Source: Pseudomonadota bacterium (GTDB lineage: Bacteria; Pseudomonadota; Gammaproteobacteria; Steroidobacterales; GCA-2729495). Taken from it: a DNA stretch of 27,018 nucleotides. The DNA is taken from positions 1-27,018 of the forward strand of contig JAUPLK010000001.1 in assembly GCA_030836925.1 (NCBI GenBank), written 5' to 3'. The notes under the pieces were generated by a model, which was not told the origin of the DNA, ran no database searches, and saw only the letters and a list, made by a program, of their open reading frames with translations. Positions within the stretch are counted from its first letter, which is position 1. Each line of letters opens with the position of its first letter. Position numbers and translations under genes: made by a program. Below are positions 7,259 to 17,252 of this stretch, one piece after another.

Positions 7259-7288
7259 AATATAGTGTCAGCCAGCTGCCACGGTCAA
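7259..7288 (-). promoter_or_regulatory. Sigma70 promoter TTGACC, 18 nt, TATATT for the TIGR02449-zapA operon
   Basis: -35 at 7288-7283 and -10 at 7264-7259, only 7 nt from the ATG at 7251. Confidence 0.65.
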
Positions 7289-7322
7289 ATGCCGGCCGGC
7301 CTGCGCCTGATACCGGGTCGGA

Positions 7323-7331
7323 TGCTAGGAT
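7323..7331 (+). promoter_or_regulatory. Extended -10 promoter (TGcTAGGAT) for the ygfB-pepP operon
   Basis: Matches TGnTAnnnT in the divergent intergenic region, about 90 nt upstream of ygfB. Confidence 0.5.
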
Positions 7332-7421
7332 AGGCATGCCGCCCGAAGCTGTTAAAAGAACCGACTGTCGGTCTGCCTGTTTCGCCGTTCCAATCCCACT
7401 GACTTGAGGCCGGGTGTCGCC

Positions 7422-8033
7422 ATGATGGCCAGCAATTCCTTGTCCTTTGATGCCATCGTGGATGCCCTGCAGGGTGCGGGGTCAGTCAGTGACCCGGCCG
7501 AAATGCATGGCAGCCTGTGCGGACTGGCCTGCATACTGGGCGCCAACGCGCAGTCGCTGTGGATGGCCGATATCCTCACCAATGGCGGTGGCTCCGCTGT
7601 GGCAGATGAAGACAGTGCCGCCGTTGTGCCCGGCCGGGAAAAGACGGCTGCCCTGCTCAGTGCGCTGGCAACGGTCAGCGCCACGGCGCTGGAGGCCGGC
7701 GACATGAGTTTCCAGCCCCTGCTGCCTGGTGACGATGAATCACTGGAGCAGCGCACCGTGGCGCTTGCGGCCTGGTGCCAGGGCTTCAACCATGGCCTGG
7801 CACTTGCCGTACGTATTGGTGACGCCGACGAGGCCCTGAAGCACGAAACCGTCGCTGAGATCGTGCGGGATTTTGCCGAGCTGGCCCAGCTGGGTTATGT
7901 CGAAGACGAGATCGAGGGCGAGGGTGAGGTTGCCTGGGCCGAGCTGGTCGAATATGTGCGCGTAAGCGTGCAGCTGGTGTTTGAAGAGCTGGCTGGTGTC
8001 CGGCAGCGTATCGCGCCGGCTGTCCACCACTGA
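7422..8033 (+). CDS. ygfB: UPF0149 family protein (YgfB/YecA), about 203 aa
   Basis: PAEMHGSLCGLAC, FQPLLPGDD, LAAWCQGFNHGL, ELVEYVRV. Canonical position before pepP. Start is 7422 or 7425. Confidence 0.92.
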   Translation: MMASNSLSFDAIVDALQGAGSVSDPAEMHGSLCGLACILGANAQSLWMADILTNGGGSAVADEDSAAVVPGREKTAALLSALATVSATALEAGDMSFQPLLPGDDESLEQRTVALAAWCQGFNHGLALAVRIGDADEALKHETVAEIVRDFAELAQLGYVEDEIEGEGEVAWAELVEYVRVSVQLVFEELAGVRQRIAPAVHH

Positions 8034-8043
8034 AGGTCAGGCC

Positions 8044-9357
8044 GTGAATCCAGGGGAATTCAGCCGTCGTCGCCGGCAACTGATGCGCATGATGGGCAAG
8101 GGCGGCGTTGCCATACTTCCCGCAGCCCAGCCGCGCATGCGCAACCGCGATGTGCAGTACCCCTACCGCCAGGACAGTGACTTCTATTACCTGACCGGAT
8201 TCAGCGAGCCGGAGGCGGTTGCGGTGCTGGCGCCGGGGCGGGCGGGCGGCGAGTACCTGCTGTTCTGTCGTGACCGGAATCCCCAGCGCGAGACCTGGGA
8301 TGGCACACGCGCTGGTCCCGCCAATGCAGTGAGTCAGTTTGGTGCGGATGAGGCCCTGTCCATCGGCAAGGTCGACGATATCCTGCCGAAGATCATCGCT
8401 GCCAGCGAACGGATTTATTACACGATGGGTGCACACCCGGAGTTTGACCAGCGGCTGACCGGCTGGCTGTCTGCGCTGGGCGCGCATGGCGGCATGGGGA
8501 TCACGCATGCGCCCGACCAGTTCATCGCGGTCGATCATTTTCTGCACGACTTGCGGCTGTACAAGAGCCGGGAAGAGCTGGTGGCGATGCGCCGCGCCGG
8601 ACGCATCGCGGTGCAGGCACATCGCCGGGCAATGAGTGTCTGCAAGCCCGGCATGTATGAGTACCAGATCGAGGCCGAGTACCTGCACGAGTTTCACAGC
8701 CAGGGCGGACGGCCTTCCTATCTGCCGATTGTCGGTTCCGGGCCCAACAGCTGCATCCTCCATTACCATGCCAACAACCGGAAGCTGGAGGATGGGGATC
8801 TGCTGCTGGTGGATGCCGGCTGTGAATACGACTATTACGCGTCTGACGTGACCCGCACCTGGCCGGTCAACGGGCGCTTCAGCACCGAGCAGCGGGCGAT
8901 TTACCAGGTGGTGCTCGATGCGCATGCAGCGGCCATCGCCGAGGTCCGGCCGGGCAATCCATGGAACCAGCCGCATGAAGCGGCGGTGCGGGTGGTGACG
9001 CAGGGACTCAAGCAGCTCGGTTTGCTGGAGGGGAGCCTGGCCGAACTGCTGCAGACGCGCGCCTACCAGCGTTTCTTCATGCACCGGACCGGGCACTGGC
9101 TGGGCATGGACGTGCACGATGTCGGCGACTACCGGATCGTCGAGGAGTGGCGGGTCCTCGAGCCCGGCATGACCCTGACCGTCGAGCCGGGTATCTACAT
9201 TCCTGCCGGCAGCCGCGGTATCGCGAAGCACTGGTGGAATATCGGTGTGCGGATTGAGGATGATGTGCTGGTTACCAAAGATGGTTGCGAGGTCATGACC
9301 CGCGACCTGCCGGTTGATCCGGACACGATCGAGGCGCTGGTCGGTGCAGCGGCCTGA
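8044..9357 (+). CDS. pepP: Xaa-Pro aminopeptidase (aminopeptidase P, M24B), 437 aa
   Basis: GTG start. YPYRQDSDFYYLTGF, ILHY, LLVDAGCEYDYYASDVTRTWP, HRTGHWLGMDVHDVG, TVEPGIY, GVRIEDDV. Confidence 0.98.
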   Translation: MNPGEFSRRRRQLMRMMGKGGVAILPAAQPRMRNRDVQYPYRQDSDFYYLTGFSEPEAVAVLAPGRAGGEYLLFCRDRNPQRETWDGTRAGPANAVSQFGADEALSIGKVDDILPKIIAASERIYYTMGAHPEFDQRLTGWLSALGAHGGMGITHAPDQFIAVDHFLHDLRLYKSREELVAMRRAGRIAVQAHRRAMSVCKPGMYEYQIEAEYLHEFHSQGGRPSYLPIVGSGPNSCILHYHANNRKLEDGDLLLVDAGCEYDYYASDVTRTWPVNGRFSTEQRAIYQVVLDAHAAAIAEVRPGNPWNQPHEAAVRVVTQGLKQLGLLEGSLAELLQTRAYQRFFMHRTGHWLGMDVHDVGDYRIVEEWRVLEPGMTLTVEPGIYIPAGSRGIAKHWWNIGVRIEDDVLVTKDGCEVMTRDLPVDPDTIEALVGAAA

Positions 9358-9375
9358 GACAGCGATGGGAGTTTT

Positions 9376-10908
9376 ATGAAGGCCTATAAAGTCTGGGTGC
9401 TGGCCCTGGCCCTGTTTCTGGTCGGCGGTGCCCTGTTTGTCTACAAGTGGCAGGGGCTCGGCTATCCGCTGCTGCCCGAGGAGGAGACGCGCATCTGGAC
9501 GGTCGAGGCCACGCTCAAGTTCGATGCCGGTCCGGCACCGGTGCCGGCCAAGGTCACGCTGTATGTGCCGGCACTGACGCCGGGCTTCGCCATCCTCGAC
9601 GAGAATTTCGTGTCACGCGGCTTTGGTTTCACCACCCGTTACGTGAGCGGCGGGCGGCAGGTGCAATGGGCCGTGCGCCGGATCAAGGGTGAACAGACGC
9701 TCTATTATCGGGCCACCATCTACAAGGATCCGCTGCAGGCCGAAAATGACTCCACGCCGCCGTTTCCGGCACCGCCCCGGCTGCGTGAGCCAGACAGTCT
9801 GGCCATGCAGCAACTGGTCGGACAGATACAGAGCCAGTCGGCGGATCCGGCCTCGTTTACCGTCGAACTGCTCAAGCGACTGGCGAATCCCGGCACCGAC
9901 CAGAATGTGCTGATGCTGCTCGGCTCGCAGGCCGGCACGACCTCGCGCGCGCTCACGGCGATAACCGTGCTGGCGGCGGCACAGATTCCGGCCCGGCTGC
10001 TGCGCGGGGTCTATCTGACCGATCGCGAACGGCAGGCGCGCATGCTGCCCTGGCTGGAGGTGCACGATGGCGAGCGCTGGATCTATTTTGATCCGGCCAC
10101 CGGCGCCCAGGGCCTGCCGGAAAACTTCCTGGTGTGGTGGCGTGGTTCCGAGCCTCTGTATACCCGCGACGGAGGTGGCGACACCGAGGTGCAGTTTTCA
10201 GTCCAGCGCAATGAAGTCGATCCGGTGCTGGTTGCGGAGCGCAGGGCGGTGGCGTGGCAGTCGCGGATTGCGGACTTCTCCATGTTTTCACTGCCGATCC
10301 AGACCCAGGCGGTCTATGGCATCCTGCTGATGATTCCGCTCGGCGCACTGCTGGTGGTCTTTCTGCGCAACATCGTCGGCATCAAGACCTTCGGCACCTT
10401 CATGCCGGTACTGGTCGCACTGGCCTTCCGCGAAACCCAGGTTGTGGCGGGTGTGATCCTGTTTTCCCTGGTTGTGGTGCTGGGTTTGCTGTTCCGCTTC
10501 TTCATGGAGCACCTGCGTCTGCTGCTGGTGCCACGACTTGCCGCGGTGCTGATCATCGTGGTGCTGCTCATGGTGCTGATCAGCATCGTCGGTCACCAGC
10601 TCGGCCTGGACATGGGTCTGTCGGTCGGGCTGTTCCCGATGGTCATTCTGACCATGACCATCGAACGCATGTCGATCGTCTGGGAGGAGCGCGGGCCCAC
10701 CGAAGCGATCCAGCAAGGTCTGGGCAGCCTGCTGGTCGCCGCGCTGTGTTTCAGCGTGATGGATATCGAAGTCCTCAAGCACCTGTTCTTCGTCTTTCCG
10801 GAGCTGCTGCTCTGGCTGCTCGCCATCACCCTGCTGCTCGGGCGCTACAGCGGCTACCGGCTGCTTGAGCTGCTGCGCTTCAAGACCCTCGCGGATCCGG
10901 CGCCCTGA
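9376..10908 (+). CDS. Inactive transglutaminase fused to a 7-TM domain (Transglut_i_TM + 7TM_transglut type), 510 aa
   Basis: N-terminal TM, DENFVSRGFG, transglutaminase-like IPARLLRG...PWLEV...WIYFDP lacking the catalytic Cys and His, and hydrophobic C-terminus with RNIVGIKTFGTFMPVL and FPMVILTMTIERMSIVWEERG. Confidence 0.88.
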   Translation: MKAYKVWVLALALFLVGGALFVYKWQGLGYPLLPEEETRIWTVEATLKFDAGPAPVPAKVTLYVPALTPGFAILDENFVSRGFGFTTRYVSGGRQVQWAVRRIKGEQTLYYRATIYKDPLQAENDSTPPFPAPPRLREPDSLAMQQLVGQIQSQSADPASFTVELLKRLANPGTDQNVLMLLGSQAGTTSRALTAITVLAAAQIPARLLRGVYLTDRERQARMLPWLEVHDGERWIYFDPATGAQGLPENFLVWWRGSEPLYTRDGGGDTEVQFSVQRNEVDPVLVAERRAVAWQSRIADFSMFSLPIQTQAVYGILLMIPLGALLVVFLRNIVGIKTFGTFMPVLVALAFRETQVVAGVILFSLVVVLGLLFRFFMEHLRLLLVPRLAAVLIIVVLLMVLISIVGHQLGLDMGLSVGLFPMVILTMTIERMSIVWEERGPTEAIQQGLGSLLVAALCFSVMDIEVLKHLFFVFPELLLWLLAITLLLGRYSGYRLLELLRFKTLADPAP

Positions 10909-11870
10909 TGTTTGGTCTCGCCAGAAAGCTGTCGACCAAGGGTGTGCTCGGCATCAACGCCCGCAACTGCAATTACATCCTGCGGCACAATCCGCGCAGA
11001 CTGTACCCGCTGGTCGATGACAAGCTGGCCACCAAGCGACTGGCAATTGCCGCCGGGCTGCCGGTGCCGGACCTGTATGGCGTGATCGCCAGCCATCGCG
11101 ACGTGCGTGAATTGCCGAAGCTGGTGGCCGGACACCGTGATTTCGTCATCAAGCCGGCCCATGGCTCGGGCGGGGACGGGATTCTCGTGGTGTCAGCGCG
11201 GGTCAGGGACGGTTCGGCCTACCGCCTGGTCGATGGCACCATCATGGATGGTGACGACATCGGCCATCACCTGTCGAACATCATCAGTGGCCAGTACAGC
11301 CTTGGCGGACACCGTGACGTTGCCCTGATTGAATACTGCGTGAAGTTCGACCCGATCTTCAGCGAGTGTGCCTATCGTGGCATCCCCGATATCCGCGTCA
11401 TCGTGTTCCGTGGTTATCCGGTGATGGCCATGCTGCGACTGCCAACCCGCAAGTCGCACGGCAAGGCCAATCTGCACCAGGGTGCGGTGGGTGCCGGCCT
11501 GGACCTCGCCACCGGGGAGACCACCTGCGCGGTGATTGGCAATTCGGGGATCACCGAACATCCGGATACCGGTGCCCTCATCGCCGGGCGGCAGATTCCG
11601 CGCTGGCCTTATCTGCTGGATTTTGCCGCACGTTGCCATGAACTGACCGGGCTCGGTTACATAGGCGTCGACATCGTGCTCGACCGTGACAAGGGGCCGA
11701 TGTTGCTTGAGCTCAATGTCCGTCCGGGTCTCAATATCCAGATCGCCAACCGCTGCGGATTGCGTGACCGGCTCAAGATCATTGAAGCGCAGCCCGACGG
11801 CGTTGGTGTCGCGGAACGCGTGGCATTCTCCATGGGCTCGCTGCTGCAGCCTGCAACTGCAGCGCATTGA
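10908..11870 (+). CDS. Alpha-L-glutamate ligase-like ATP-grasp protein (RimK-related, TIGR02291 type), 320 aa
   Basis: GVLGINARN, YPLVDDKLATK, FVIKPAHGSGGDGI, PDIRVIV, ANLHQG, GVDIVLD...LLELNVRPGLNIQIAN. TGATG overlap with the 7TM gene. Confidence 0.9.
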   Translation: MFGLARKLSTKGVLGINARNCNYILRHNPRRLYPLVDDKLATKRLAIAAGLPVPDLYGVIASHRDVRELPKLVAGHRDFVIKPAHGSGGDGILVVSARVRDGSAYRLVDGTIMDGDDIGHHLSNIISGQYSLGGHRDVALIEYCVKFDPIFSECAYRGIPDIRVIVFRGYPVMAMLRLPTRKSHGKANLHQGAVGAGLDLATGETTCAVIGNSGITEHPDTGALIAGRQIPRWPYLLDFAARCHELTGLGYIGVDIVLDRDKGPMLLELNVRPGLNIQIANRCGLRDRLKIIEAQPDGVGVAERVAFSMGSLLQPATAAH

Positions 11871-11884
11871 TCAAGGCAAAACTG

Positions 11885-12988
11885 ATGGCGCACCAAACTC
11901 CCCTGTATGCCGACCATGTCGCCAACGACGCCCGGATCGTCGAATTCGGCGGTTGGGACATGCCTTTGCAGTACACATCCGCGCTCGCCGAGCATCACGC
12001 CGTCCGCCAGTCCTGCGGCATCTTTGACGTATCACACATGACCGTCGTGGACCTGACCGGTCCGGACAGCACGCGTTTTCTGATGCGGCTGCTGGCCAAT
12101 GATCCGGGCAAGCTCAAGAGCGTGGGGCAGGGCTTGTACAGCTGCATGCTCAACGACGCGGGTGGTGTGGTCGATGACCTGATCGTTTACCGGCTGGGCG
12201 ACAATGTCTACCGGATCGTCATCAATGCCGCCACGCGTGTCCAGGATCTGGGCTGGATGGCGCGGGTGGCAGATCGCGACGACGTCGTGATCCGGCATCG
12301 CGACGATTTCCTCATGATCGCCGTGCAGGGACCGAAGGCGCGTGAACTTGCCGCCCCCCTGCTGGCGGAAGAAATGCGGGCTCCGGCGCTGGCGCTGCGC
12401 CCGTTTGAATGCGTTCGCCATGATCATGTGTTCGTGGCCCGCACCGGTTATACCGGCGAGGATGGCTTTGAAATCGTGCTGCCGGTCGAGGCCGGGATTG
12501 CCCTGTGGCGGGCGCTGGCCGCTGCGGGTGCGGTCCGTTGCGGTCTCGGCTCGCGGGATACACTGCGCCTCGAGGCTGCGCTCAATCTCTATGGTCAGGA
12601 CATGGACGCGGGGACCTCGCCGCTGGTGTCAGGGCTGGGCTGGACGGTCGCCCTTGAGCCCGCTGACCGTGACTTCCGTGGCCGTGCGGCATTGGAAAAG
12701 CAGATCGCTGACGGCATCACCGAAAAGCTCACCGGTCTGGTGCTGGAGGATCGCGGTATCATGCGCCATGGCCAGCGGGTGCTGACTGCGGCTGGCGAAG
12801 GCATCATTACCAGTGGTGGGTTCTCGCCGACCATGGAACGTTCGATTGCGCTGGCGCGGTTGCCGGTCGCAGCGAGCGGATCCTGTCAGGTCGATATCCG
12901 TGGTGTGCTGCGCAAGGCACGGATCGTCAAGCCGCCGTTCGTGCGCCGCGGGCGCATTCTGGTCGATGACGCCCCGGTTCAGAAATAA
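11885..12988 (+). CDS. gcvT: Glycine cleavage system T protein (aminomethyltransferase), 367 aa
   Basis: FGGWDMPLQY, FDVSHM, ARTGYTGEDGFEI, GLGSRDTLRLEA, ITSGGFSPT. Confidence 0.98.
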   Translation: MAHQTPLYADHVANDARIVEFGGWDMPLQYTSALAEHHAVRQSCGIFDVSHMTVVDLTGPDSTRFLMRLLANDPGKLKSVGQGLYSCMLNDAGGVVDDLIVYRLGDNVYRIVINAATRVQDLGWMARVADRDDVVIRHRDDFLMIAVQGPKARELAAPLLAEEMRAPALALRPFECVRHDHVFVARTGYTGEDGFEIVLPVEAGIALWRALAAAGAVRCGLGSRDTLRLEAALNLYGQDMDAGTSPLVSGLGWTVALEPADRDFRGRAALEKQIADGITEKLTGLVLEDRGIMRHGQRVLTAAGEGIITSGGFSPTMERSIALARLPVAASGSCQVDIRGVLRKARIVKPPFVRRGRILVDDAPVQK

Positions 12989-13009
12989 CTGCAGGGAACA
13001 GATACAGGC

Positions 13010-13402
13010 ATGACTCAGGTACCGCAAAACCTCAAATACACCGAGGATCACGAATGGGTCCGGACCGAAGCCGATGGCTCGGTCATCATCGGCGTCACCG
13101 ACCACGCCCAGCACCAGCTTGGCGAACTCGTCTACGTCGAATTGCCGGACGCCGGCCGGAAAGTTGCGCGTGGCGACGCGATGGCCGTGGTGGAGTCCAC
13201 CAAGGCGGCATCGGATGTCTACGCGCCGCTCGCCGGGGTGGTCGTCGAGGCCAATCCGGCACTCGCCAGCCAGCCGGAGCTCGTGAACAATGATCCTTAT
13301 GGCGAGGGTTGGCTGCTGCGGCTGCGCCCCGACAGTGCGACCGACCTCGCTGCCCTGAAGGACAGTACCGCGTACACACAACTGCTGGCCGCAGGGGACT
13401 GA
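13010..13402 (+). CDS. gcvH: Glycine cleavage system H protein, 130 aa
   Basis: [26 protein letters not shown], lipoyl-Lys motif [24 protein letters not shown]. Confidence 0.98.
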   Translation: MTQVPQNLKYTEDHEWVRTEADGSVIIGVTDHAQHQLGELVYVELPDAGRKVARGDAMAVVESTKAASDVYAPLAGVVVEANPALASQPELVNNDPYGEGWLLRLRPDSATDLAALKDSTAYTQLLAAGD

Positions 13403-13440
13403 GACAGTCTGCAGGCGACCGCCAATTCACGGGAAGCGAC

Positions 13441-14805
13441 GTGCCATTCATTCCACATACCGACGACGATCTGGCGGCGATGCTGCAGACGATCGGCGTT
13501 GCAGATATCGATACCCTGTTCGACGAAATCCCGGCCGCCCTGCGTGTCAGCGGTCTGCCCGGGGTACCGCCCGGCATGTCGGAAGCGGCTGTCACGCGCC
13601 TGATGCACGGACGCGCGGCACGCAACACCGACAGCCTCTGCTTTCTCGGTGCCGGTGCCTACGAGCACCACATTCCGGCGGCGGTCTGGGAGCTGGCCAC
13701 GCGCGGCGAGTTCTATTCGGCCTATACGCCGTACCAGGCCGAAGCCAGCCAGGGCACTTTGCAACTGATCTACGAGTACCAGTCGATGCTGGCCGGGCTG
13801 GTCGATCTCGATGTCTCCAATGCTTCGCTGTATGACGGTGCGACCGCTTTTGCCGAAGCCTGCCTGATGGCGGTGCGTGCCAGCCGCAACCGCGACTCGC
13901 GGCGGGTGCTGGTGGCCCGTTACCTGCATCCGCTCTGGCGCAAGGCTGCGGAGACGCTGCTCACCGGTCAGGCGGTCGAACTGGTCGAACTGCCATCGGC
14001 TGACGGCCGTACCGATGCCGGAGCGCTGGCAACACTGGACGCGCAGGATTTCGCGGCCGTGTGTCTGCCCTGGCCGAATTTTCTCGGCGGACTCGAGCCG
14101 GTCGACGAGCTGACCGACTGGGCGCACAGCCACAACCTGCTGGTGATCGCGGTCTGCAATCCGGTTGCGCTCGGACTGCTCAAGCCGCCCGGCAAGTGGG
14201 GTGCGCAGGGCGCCGATATCGCCTGCGGCGAAGGGCAACCGCTCGGCATTCCGCTGGCTTCAGGCGGTCCGTATTTCGGGTTCATGGCCTGCCGTCAGGC
14301 GCTGGTACGGCAGATGCCGGGCCGGATCGTCGGCCAGACGCTGGACATCGAAGGCCGGCGCGGTTTCACGCTTACCCTGCAGGCCCGCGAGCAGCATATC
14401 CGGCGCTCGAAGGCGACCTCCAACATCTGCACCAACCAGGGCCTGATGGTGACCGCCGCCACCATTCACATGAGCCTGCTCGGCAGTGAAGGCTTGCGGC
14501 GCGTGGCTGCGCAGTGCCATGCCAATACCCGCTCGCTGGTGGGCGCGCTGACCAGCCTCGACGGTGTGGCGTTGTACTTTGCGCCGTATTTCCACGAAGC
14601 AGTCCTGCAGCTGCCACGGCCTGTCGCGCCGATGCTGGCCGAGCTTGCGGCCGCCGGCATCCTTGGTGGCTACGACCTGAGCGCCGATTTCCCCGAGCTG
14701 GGCCAGGGCCTGCTGGTGTGCGCCACCGAGCTGCGTACCGCTGAAGATATCGAGGCCTATCGTCTGGCGCTGGCCGGCGCGCTGGGCATGGCGGTGGCCG
14801 CATGA
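13441..14805 (+). CDS. gcvPA: Glycine dehydrogenase (decarboxylating) subunit 1, 454 aa
   Basis: GTG start giving [63 protein letters not shown]. Confidence 0.97.
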   Translation: MPFIPHTDDDLAAMLQTIGVADIDTLFDEIPAALRVSGLPGVPPGMSEAAVTRLMHGRAARNTDSLCFLGAGAYEHHIPAAVWELATRGEFYSAYTPYQAEASQGTLQLIYEYQSMLAGLVDLDVSNASLYDGATAFAEACLMAVRASRNRDSRRVLVARYLHPLWRKAAETLLTGQAVELVELPSADGRTDAGALATLDAQDFAAVCLPWPNFLGGLEPVDELTDWAHSHNLLVIAVCNPVALGLLKPPGKWGAQGADIACGEGQPLGIPLASGGPYFGFMACRQALVRQMPGRIVGQTLDIEGRRGFTLTLQAREQHIRRSKATSNICTNQGLMVTAATIHMSLLGSEGLRRVAAQCHANTRSLVGALTSLDGVALYFAPYFHEAVLQLPRPVAPMLAELAAAGILGGYDLSADFPELGQGLLVCATELRTAEDIEAYRLALAGALGMAVAA

Positions 14806-16277
14806 AACGCGAAGAGCTGATTTTCGAACAGTCGCGGCCCGGCCGGCGCGCGAGTACCCATGCCCCGGCGACACTCGCGGCAATCGATGATCTGCCGGCC
14901 GCGGTGCTGCGCGAGACGCCGCCGCCGCTGCCGGAGGTGTCGGAGTTGCAGGTCGTGCGGCATTTCACCCGCCTTTCGCAGCTCAACTTCTCCATCGACA
15001 CGCACTTTTATCCGCTCGGTTCCTGCACGATGAAGTACAACCCGCGGGTATCGAACACGCTGGCGATGCTGCCGGGCTTTCTCGCGCGGCATCCGCTCGA
15101 GCCGGACAACCATGCCCAGGGCGTGCTTGAATCGCTGTACGAATTGCAGGAGATGCTGAAGGCGGCGACCGGCATGAGCGGCGTGTCGCTGACGCCGATG
15201 GCCGGTGCGCAGGGCGAGTTTGCCGGTATCGCTATGATCCGTGCATGGCACCTGTCGCGCGGCGATACGCAGCGCACGCAGGTTATCGTGCCGGATGCCG
15301 CGCACGGCACCAATCCCGCCACCGCGACCATGTGCGGCTGCGAGGCCATCGAGATTCCGACCGGGCCGGATGGCGACGTGGACCTCGATGCCCTGCGTCA
15401 GGTGGTGGGCCCGAAGACCGCGGCGATCATGCTGACCAACCCGTCCACGCTGGGCGTGTTCGAGCGTCGCATCAGCGAGATTGCAGAAATCGTCCATGCG
15501 GCAGGCGGGCTGCTCTATTACGACGGCGCAAACCTCAATGCAATTCTCGGCCGGACGCTGCCGGCGGGGATGGGTTTTGACGTTGTGCACATCAATCTGC
15601 ACAAGACCTTCTCCACGCCACACGGCGGCGGCGGACCGGGCGCCGGCATCGTGGCGGTCAATGCGCGCCTGGAGCCCTTCCTGCCGATACCGATCGTCGG
15701 CAAACGCGAGGGCGGCCATGTGTGGCTGACCGAAGCCGACCGCCCGCAGACCATCGGCCGGCTGTCGGGTTTCATGGGCAATACCGGCATCCTGCTGCGC
15801 GCCTATGTCTACATGCGCCTGCTGGGCGCGGAGGGCATGCGCCGCGTGTCGGGCTATGCCACGCTGAATGCCAACTACCTGTGTGTGCGACTGGCGGCTG
15901 CCGGCTTCACCATCGCCTATCCGCGACGGCGCGCGAGCCACGAGTTCATCATCTCCCTCAAGGACATTGCCCGCGACACCGGCGCCACGGCGATGGACTT
16001 TGCCAAGGCCTTGCTCGATCGCGGCTTTCACGCGCCGACCACCTACTTCCCGTTGCTGGTGCCGGAGTGCCTGCTGATCGAACCGACCGAAACGGAAACG
16101 CGGCAGGAGCTGGATGCCTTCGTGCAGGCGCTCAGCGAGATCCGCGACCTGGCGATCCGCGACGTCGGCGAGCTGAAGCGCGCACCGCAGACCACGCCGG
16201 TGCGGCGGCTCGACGATGTGCGCGCGGCCCGGCAGCTGGACCTGACCTGGCAGGGCAAGCCCAGAACCGTCAACTGA
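14802..16277 (+). CDS. gcvPB: Glycine dehydrogenase (decarboxylating) subunit 2, 491 aa
   Basis: [33 protein letters not shown]-Lys motif [30 protein letters not shown] overlap. Confidence 0.97.
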   Translation: MKREELIFEQSRPGRRASTHAPATLAAIDDLPAAVLRETPPPLPEVSELQVVRHFTRLSQLNFSIDTHFYPLGSCTMKYNPRVSNTLAMLPGFLARHPLEPDNHAQGVLESLYELQEMLKAATGMSGVSLTPMAGAQGEFAGIAMIRAWHLSRGDTQRTQVIVPDAAHGTNPATATMCGCEAIEIPTGPDGDVDLDALRQVVGPKTAAIMLTNPSTLGVFERRISEIAEIVHAAGGLLYYDGANLNAILGRTLPAGMGFDVVHINLHKTFSTPHGGGGPGAGIVAVNARLEPFLPIPIVGKREGGHVWLTEADRPQTIGRLSGFMGNTGILLRAYVYMRLLGAEGMRRVSGYATLNANYLCVRLAAAGFTIAYPRRRASHEFIISLKDIARDTGATAMDFAKALLDRGFHAPTTYFPLLVPECLLIEPTETETRQELDAFVQALSEIRDLAIRDVGELKRAPQTTPVRRLDDVRAARQLDLTWQGKPRTVN

Positions 16278-16313
16278 TACCCGCGCTACGCGCCCATCCA
16301 GGAGAGTGAAGAT

Positions 16314-17252
16314 TTGTCAGCCCTGATCTGCGGTTCCATTGCCTACGACAACATCATGGTGTTTCAGGGACGCTTCAAGGAACACATCCTTCCCGACCAG
16401 ATTCACATCCTCAACGTTGCCTTTCTCGTGCCGGAGCTGCGCCGCGAGTTTGGCGGCTGCGCGGGCAACATCGCCTACAACCTGAAGCTGCTCGGCGACG
16501 AACCGCTGATCATGGCCACGGTGGGCGGTGATTTCGGCAGTTACCGTGCCTGGCTCGAACGCCACGGCATCGACCAGCGTCATATCCGCGAGCTGCCGGA
16601 TACCCTGTGCGCGCAGGCCTACATCACCACCGATCTGGATGACAACCAGATCACGGCCTTTCATCCCGGCGCGATGAACCATGCCCATCTCAACCAGGTG
16701 CCCGCTGCTGCGGGGCTGAAGCTCGGCATGATTTCGCCCGATGGACGTGACGGCATGCTGGAGCATGCCGAACAGTTTCATGCGGCCGGCGTGCCCTTCA
16801 TTTTCGATCCCGGGCAGGGCTTGCCCATGTTTGGCGGCGAAGAACTGCGGCGCTTCATCGAGCTGGCGAGCTGGGTCGCGGTCAACGATTACGAATCCAG
16901 GTTGCTCAGCGAACGCACGGGCTGGAACGAGGCAGAGCTGGCCCGCCATGTCGATGCCTTCATCGTCACGCGTGGCGCACAGGGCTCGACGATCTGGGCC
17001 AACGGCGAGTGCATCACGATTCCGGCGGTCAAGCCGGCGGCAGTGCTGGATCCCACCGGTTGCGGCGACGCCTACCGGGCCGGCCTGCTGTTCGGTCTGT
17101 CGCGCGGGCTGGGCTGGGAAGAAACCGGACGCATCGCCGCCCTGCTCGGTGCCATCAAGATCGCCCATCGTGGCACGCAAAACCACCAGTTCAGCCCCGT
17201 ATCACTGGCGCAGGAGTTTCGTGCGGCATTCGGGCATGCGCCCGGCTTCTGA
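16314..17252 (+). CDS. PfkB family carbohydrate/nucleoside kinase, adenosine-kinase-like, 312 aa
   Basis: TTG start with GGAG upstream. GSIAYDNIM, FGGCAGNIAYNL, DPGQG, anion-hole motif DPTGCGDAYRAG. Confidence 0.9.
   Translation: MSALICGSIAYDNIMVFQGRFKEHILPDQIHILNVAFLVPELRREFGGCAGNIAYNLKLLGDEPLIMATVGGDFGSYRAWLERHGIDQRHIRELPDTLCAQAYITTDLDDNQITAFHPGAMNHAHLNQVPAAAGLKLGMISPDGRDGMLEHAEQFHAAGVPFIFDPGQGLPMFGGEELRRFIELASWVAVNDYESRLLSERTGWNEAELARHVDAFIVTRGAQGSTIWANGECITIPAVKPAAVLDPTGCGDAYRAGLLFGLSRGLGWEETGRIAALLGAIKIAHRGTQNHQFSPVSLAQEFRAAFGHAPGF

Noticed and set aside
7786-9231. 481-aa minus-strand ORF opposite pepP (and similar long antisense ORFs at 14757-16031, 13297-14238, 2800-3759)
   Set aside because: Shadow frames of well-conserved genes in GC-rich DNA. 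No family motifs, SD or coherent composition.
11871-11884. Glycine riboswitch upstream of gcvT
   Set aside because: Only 14 nt separate the genes and no aptamer consensus was seen.
16741-17235. 165-aa N-terminal extension of the protease in the ORF track (1101 aa)
   Set aside because: Lies wholly inside the PfkB kinase gene in another frame and reads as Arg/Ser/Pro noise. ATG 17236 yields a plausible signal peptide.
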